Assembly: GCA_965178125.1 (NCBI GenBank)
Contig: OZ237766.1
Location: 1-64,000, forward strand
DNA: 64,000 nt
Direction: 5' to 3'
Source: Bilabrum cf. latius
Taxonomy: Eukaryota
Shown here: one piece after another, positions 60,343-64,000 of the stretch
How positions within the stretch are numbered: position 1 is the first letter of the stretch
Layout: each line of letters starts with the position of its first letter
The notes under the pieces: model-generated
What the model was told of the DNA's origin: nothing
Databases searched by the model: none
The model's input: the letters and a program-made list of their open reading frames with translations, nothing else
Translations under genes and position numbers: made by a program

Positions 60343-63300
60343 ATGGATGACCATCAACTTCTAAATGAACTTCTTCACCTGGCAAAGCAGCCTGAGAGGA
60401 AAGTATCAGACGGCAAAGTATCAGACTAGCAGTAGATCGACGATGTCGCCGATTGGCTAGATCGAGGCGCGGAGCGAGTGGCACTCGCGAGCCAATCTAG
60501 CGGCAATTCCGTTGAAAATGCATGGCTTCAGGCTGCAGCTCATGCGGAGTTAATTGAAGACGATGCAGGGGCTGCCGTAGCAGCAGCAACAAAGCGGCTG
60601 GCAACTGGCATCCCCACTGCAAGAGGAGCGCTGAAGCCCATTGGTACCCGTGCCTCTCACCTAGCTCGGGAGTTGGATTCCTTGCAGTCTCCCATTGGTG
60701 ATGTCGACCATCTGTCGCGGAGTTTGCTCCCGGCAGACCGTGCGGCCACCCAGCAGCAAGGCGCGCAGAGCGGCAGCCTGGATGCGTAGACCAGGGCGCT
60801 GAGTGCCCTCCGTAGCGTGTTAGAGGATGTTTCGTTTGATGTTGGCAGCATATCTGAGAGTGCGTCTAGAGAACGGGCAAGCACTCACGCTAGCGCTGTC
60901 TCCGCGTCCGGTTTGCCGTCCCCTGCGCAGCAGGCCGACAGAGCAGCACCTGCCCCGTTTCAAGACAATGCCGCCGGCGGCCCATCCGGCGATATCATGC
61001 ATAATGATCCCGAAATCCGCATCCCAAGCCGCGCACGCCGCCTGATTCTCGCATCTGCAGCCGGGGTGGGTGCTGGAGATTCGCAGGGTCCACTTCTGCC
61101 CCTGCGCGCCCTGGCGGCACTGAGCTAGCGCCTGCAGGGGCAGCGGGCTTTGCTGCGGCGAGTGGCGCTCTGGCCAGATGCCCACAGACGGGCCCAGGCC
61201 GCGATCGATGCCGTTGAGGTGCTCGATGCGGCTGGTCCTGGTGCTGGTGCTGAGCGCGGGCAAGAAGTCCCAGCCGCAGGGCGGGACGGTGAGGCTGTGG
61301 AGCGGGCTGTGCGGCTGTGTGGGTGGGTCGGACTGGCGGCTTGCTTGGCTAGGGACTGCGTGGCGATGCCAGGCGCGGCAGGACGGTATTCTGAGCTGAA
61401 ATCCCTGGGTCTGGCGGGGGATGCGGCCCTGCAGCAGGCCGTGCAGGGGGTGGTGGGACGAGCCGTTGCTGCACCTGCAGACTCAGGTGGAGTAGGTGGG
61501 GAGGAGGGTTAGGGGAGTGAGGGGGGTTAGGGGAGCGAAGGGGGCACACCCATTGGTGTGGAGCAGCTGGGTGGGGGGAGTGAGGGGGGCACATCCATTG
61601 GTGTGGAGCAGCTGGGTGGGGGGAGTGAGGGGGGCACATCCATTGGTGTGGAGCAGCTGGGTGGGGGGAGTGAGGGGGGCACATCCATTGGTGTGGAGCA
61701 GCTGGCTCGGGCCATGGGTAGATCGGCCGTGCTGGTGAGTGCCGCTGCAACTAGGTCAGACATGGACGGTAGTCCGGTGCTACGGTTGGCGCCGCTGGAT
61801 GCATGTGCCTCTGCGGCTTGTTCCTTGGGGTTTGCCATTGGAGCAGCACTGACTGGGGTGAGCGGCGGAGAGCATCGTCTGGCAGGGGTCCTTGCAGCGG
61901 CGGTGCGCGGGTGCTGCGAGGGGGCCGTGAGCGGCGGGGGCCCGCAGTCATCGCAGGGGGGGGAGGAGCTGGTCGTGGGCGAGAATGAGCTGGCAAGTAT
62001 CGAGACGGGGGAACTGCGTGTGGGCGAGGAAGAAGGAAAGCAGTCCGTGGAGGAAGCCGGGTCACTCGCTCGATTGGCGAGCGAGGGGGGGAGGACGGGT
62101 GCGCTGCTGGGCTGGTTTGCGGAGGCAGGTCGCGATGCAATCGGCGCGGGGGCTGGCAGCAGGTAGGCTGTGGCAAGGGAGGCATGGGAGCGGGCGGCGG
62201 GTTTGCCCACCTCGGTTGGCGCTCGAATGCATGCGGTGCTGCGGGCTATCTCGATGGCGTGGCAAGATGGCGACGATGGAGACACGTGTTCCCTGGGTCA
62301 GGGCTAGTGGCAGGAGGACGTGCTGCGGGGGGTCTGCTTCCACGTCGGTGCAGCGCGCTCTAGTGCTATCAGTGCAGGCATCGGGGCCCTGCGCGCTGCG
62401 GTGGAGTAGTGTCTGAATGGACTGGCAGGGGCAGGGGCAGGGGCAGAAGTCGACGGTGACTCGGCTCGTGCGACGATAGAGGCCATGCAGGGGGTGTTGG
62501 GGGCTAGTGAGGACATACAGGGGAGACCTGGGCACACAGCGACAGCCGTATCTGCAGTGCTCGGCGAGGCCGTGGGGCGAGAGGCGGGGCGGGCGCTGGC
62601 TGTGCTGCAGCGCGCGAGTGTGGGAGCAGGTGCGGCTGATGCGGGTAGCCAAATGGTGAGTGAACTGCAGTGTGATGCTGCCGCTCGAGCAGAAGAGGTC
62701 CTGGAGGCTGCCCTGGCGGAATGGAAGGCGGCTGGTGCTGCTGCTAGGCAGCCCTCGGGTGCATCGCATGGTGGTGCAGGCCAAGGTCGGTCCAGGCAGC
62801 GCCGCAGCCGAGTTCCTGGGGGTGTGTCGGTGGCGGTGCTTGGGGAAGCCGCCAGTGCCGCTTCCGGGGCTAGAGAGCAAGGGGCTAGAGAGCAAGGGGC
62901 TAGAGAGCAAGGGGCTAGAGAGCAAGGGGCTGGAGAGCAAGGGGCTGGAGAGCAAGGGGCTGGAGGCACGGTTGCTCGCACTGGGTGCCCGGCTGGAGGC
63001 ACGGTTGCTCGCACTGGGGGCCCGGCGAAGGAGGACGCGGGGGGCGAAGGTGGTGGGGGGTAGTAGGAGCAGCGAGACGAGGAGGAGGGGGAGTAGGAAG
63101 AGGACTGGATGGATGCGGCGGAGAGGGAGGCTGCCAGCGGGGCAGGTGCATCGCACGATGGCACAGAGCTGAAGATCCTACCGCTTGCTCGCAGGGCGGC
63201 GCTGGTCTCATCCGGGCTTGCCCGCGCGAATGCAGTGGTCGGGGTGCTTGGGCCGTTCTGCGCGTGCCTCGGGCATGGCGGGGGTCACAGAGATGGCACT

Positions 63301-64000
63301 GGCCCTGATGGTGCTGCTGCTCCTGGTGGGTCTGTAGGCGCTTGGTTACGGGCTGGGGTCGAGGAAAGCGAGGCAGGACCTGCCAAGGGGCCTCTGTTCT
63401 CTGTAGACAGGGGAAGCGCCGAAGGATTCCGCCGGTGGTGGCCTGTCCTGAGGGTGGGTGCCGTCGGGGGCCGCATGCGCGAAGAGGTAGAGGACGAGGC
63501 AGGTGGCTACGGAACTCTTCCGATGGTGCTAGCGCAGCTCGAGGCAGGCCAGCGCCTAGGGGCCCGGACAGGGGGCGAAGGTGAGGCAGCCAGGCGCCTC
63601 ATTGGTGGGGACAGGACTGGTCCCGGGGGCGAGGGAGGGTCATAGGAGGGGGCACAGGGGGGGGCTGGGAATGCACAGCTTCAGCTGCCCTCCATGGAGC
63701 AGCTGTCGGTCTGGGTCGCACAGGGGGCGGTGTCCCATGTGACGAGTGCGCATTCGTCACATGAAGATGCTCCGCCTGCGAGTATCCGGGAGCAGGTCAA
63801 GGTGGGAGGCAGGCTGGCGGTGAGCGAGCTGGCGGCGGCGCTGGGGGGCCCGCTGCTGGACGCGGCTTGTGCCTTGGACTTGGACTTGACCCGGGTGACG
63901 AGTGGGGGCTCACAGCAAAGCGTGGCATCTGCTGCGCTGGGACAGGCGCTGGTGGACGTGGCGGGTTGGCTGGAGCCCGTCGCGAGCGGGCGGCAGCTGG
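60343..64000 (+). CDS. Large hypothetical Ala/Gly-rich protein, runs off the right edge (>1200 aa)
   Basis: Six listed ORFs share one frame, separated only by TAG; no TAA/TGA before the window end. Confidence 0.7.
61540..61705 (+). repeat. 45-bp coding tandem repeat (GVEQLGGGSEGGTSI, ~3.5 units)
   Basis: Direct, near-identical, frame-preserving repeats. Confidence 0.9.
62866..62960 (+). repeat. 15-bp coding tandem repeat (GAREQ/GAGEQ, ~6 units)
   Basis: GGGGCT(A/G)GAGAGCAA repeated. Confidence 0.9.

Noticed and set aside
9859-64000. Mass pseudogenisation, sequencing error or tiny introns as the explanation for in-frame stops
   Set aside because: Interruptions are exclusively TAG, with no frameshifts and intact catalytic motifs in essential genes; the real introns seen are 86-237 nt GT-AG and lie elsewhere.

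Overview
GC-rich, gene-dense, intron-poor eukaryotic (protist-like) DNA from a left chromosome end; the organism cannot be identified from this window. Two main results. (1) The supplied ORF track is fragmented because this genome appears to use a variant nuclear genetic code: TAG is read as glutamine while TAA and TGA remain stops. Reading TAG as Gln joins the fragments into about 24 coherent genes. These include a 9.3-kb Trf4/MEE44-like nucleotidyltransferase ORF with ~44 in-frame TAGs and no TAA/TGA, a prolyl 4-hydroxylase with TAG at the conserved Gln, a type II PS decarboxylase, RNase H2A, a sulfotransferase, IMPACT, two N-acylated Rab-like GTPases and a GPR107-like protein. RPL11, DCAF7, CutA and rhamnose mutarotase contain no TAG. 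No reconstructed gene ends in TAG. (2) Bases 1-9432 are a head-to-tail chain of three copies of a telomere-associated element (tRNA-like Pol III motif in copy 1 only, ~520-aa ORF, 155-bp satellite, conserved ~60-bp 3' end). The copies are separated by 0.5-0.8 kb (CCCTAA)n tracts and are variably 5'-truncated and telomere-capped. This is the architecture expected of terminal retrotransposition, but no reverse transcriptase is visible in the window. All alignments, counts and family assignments were made by eye.
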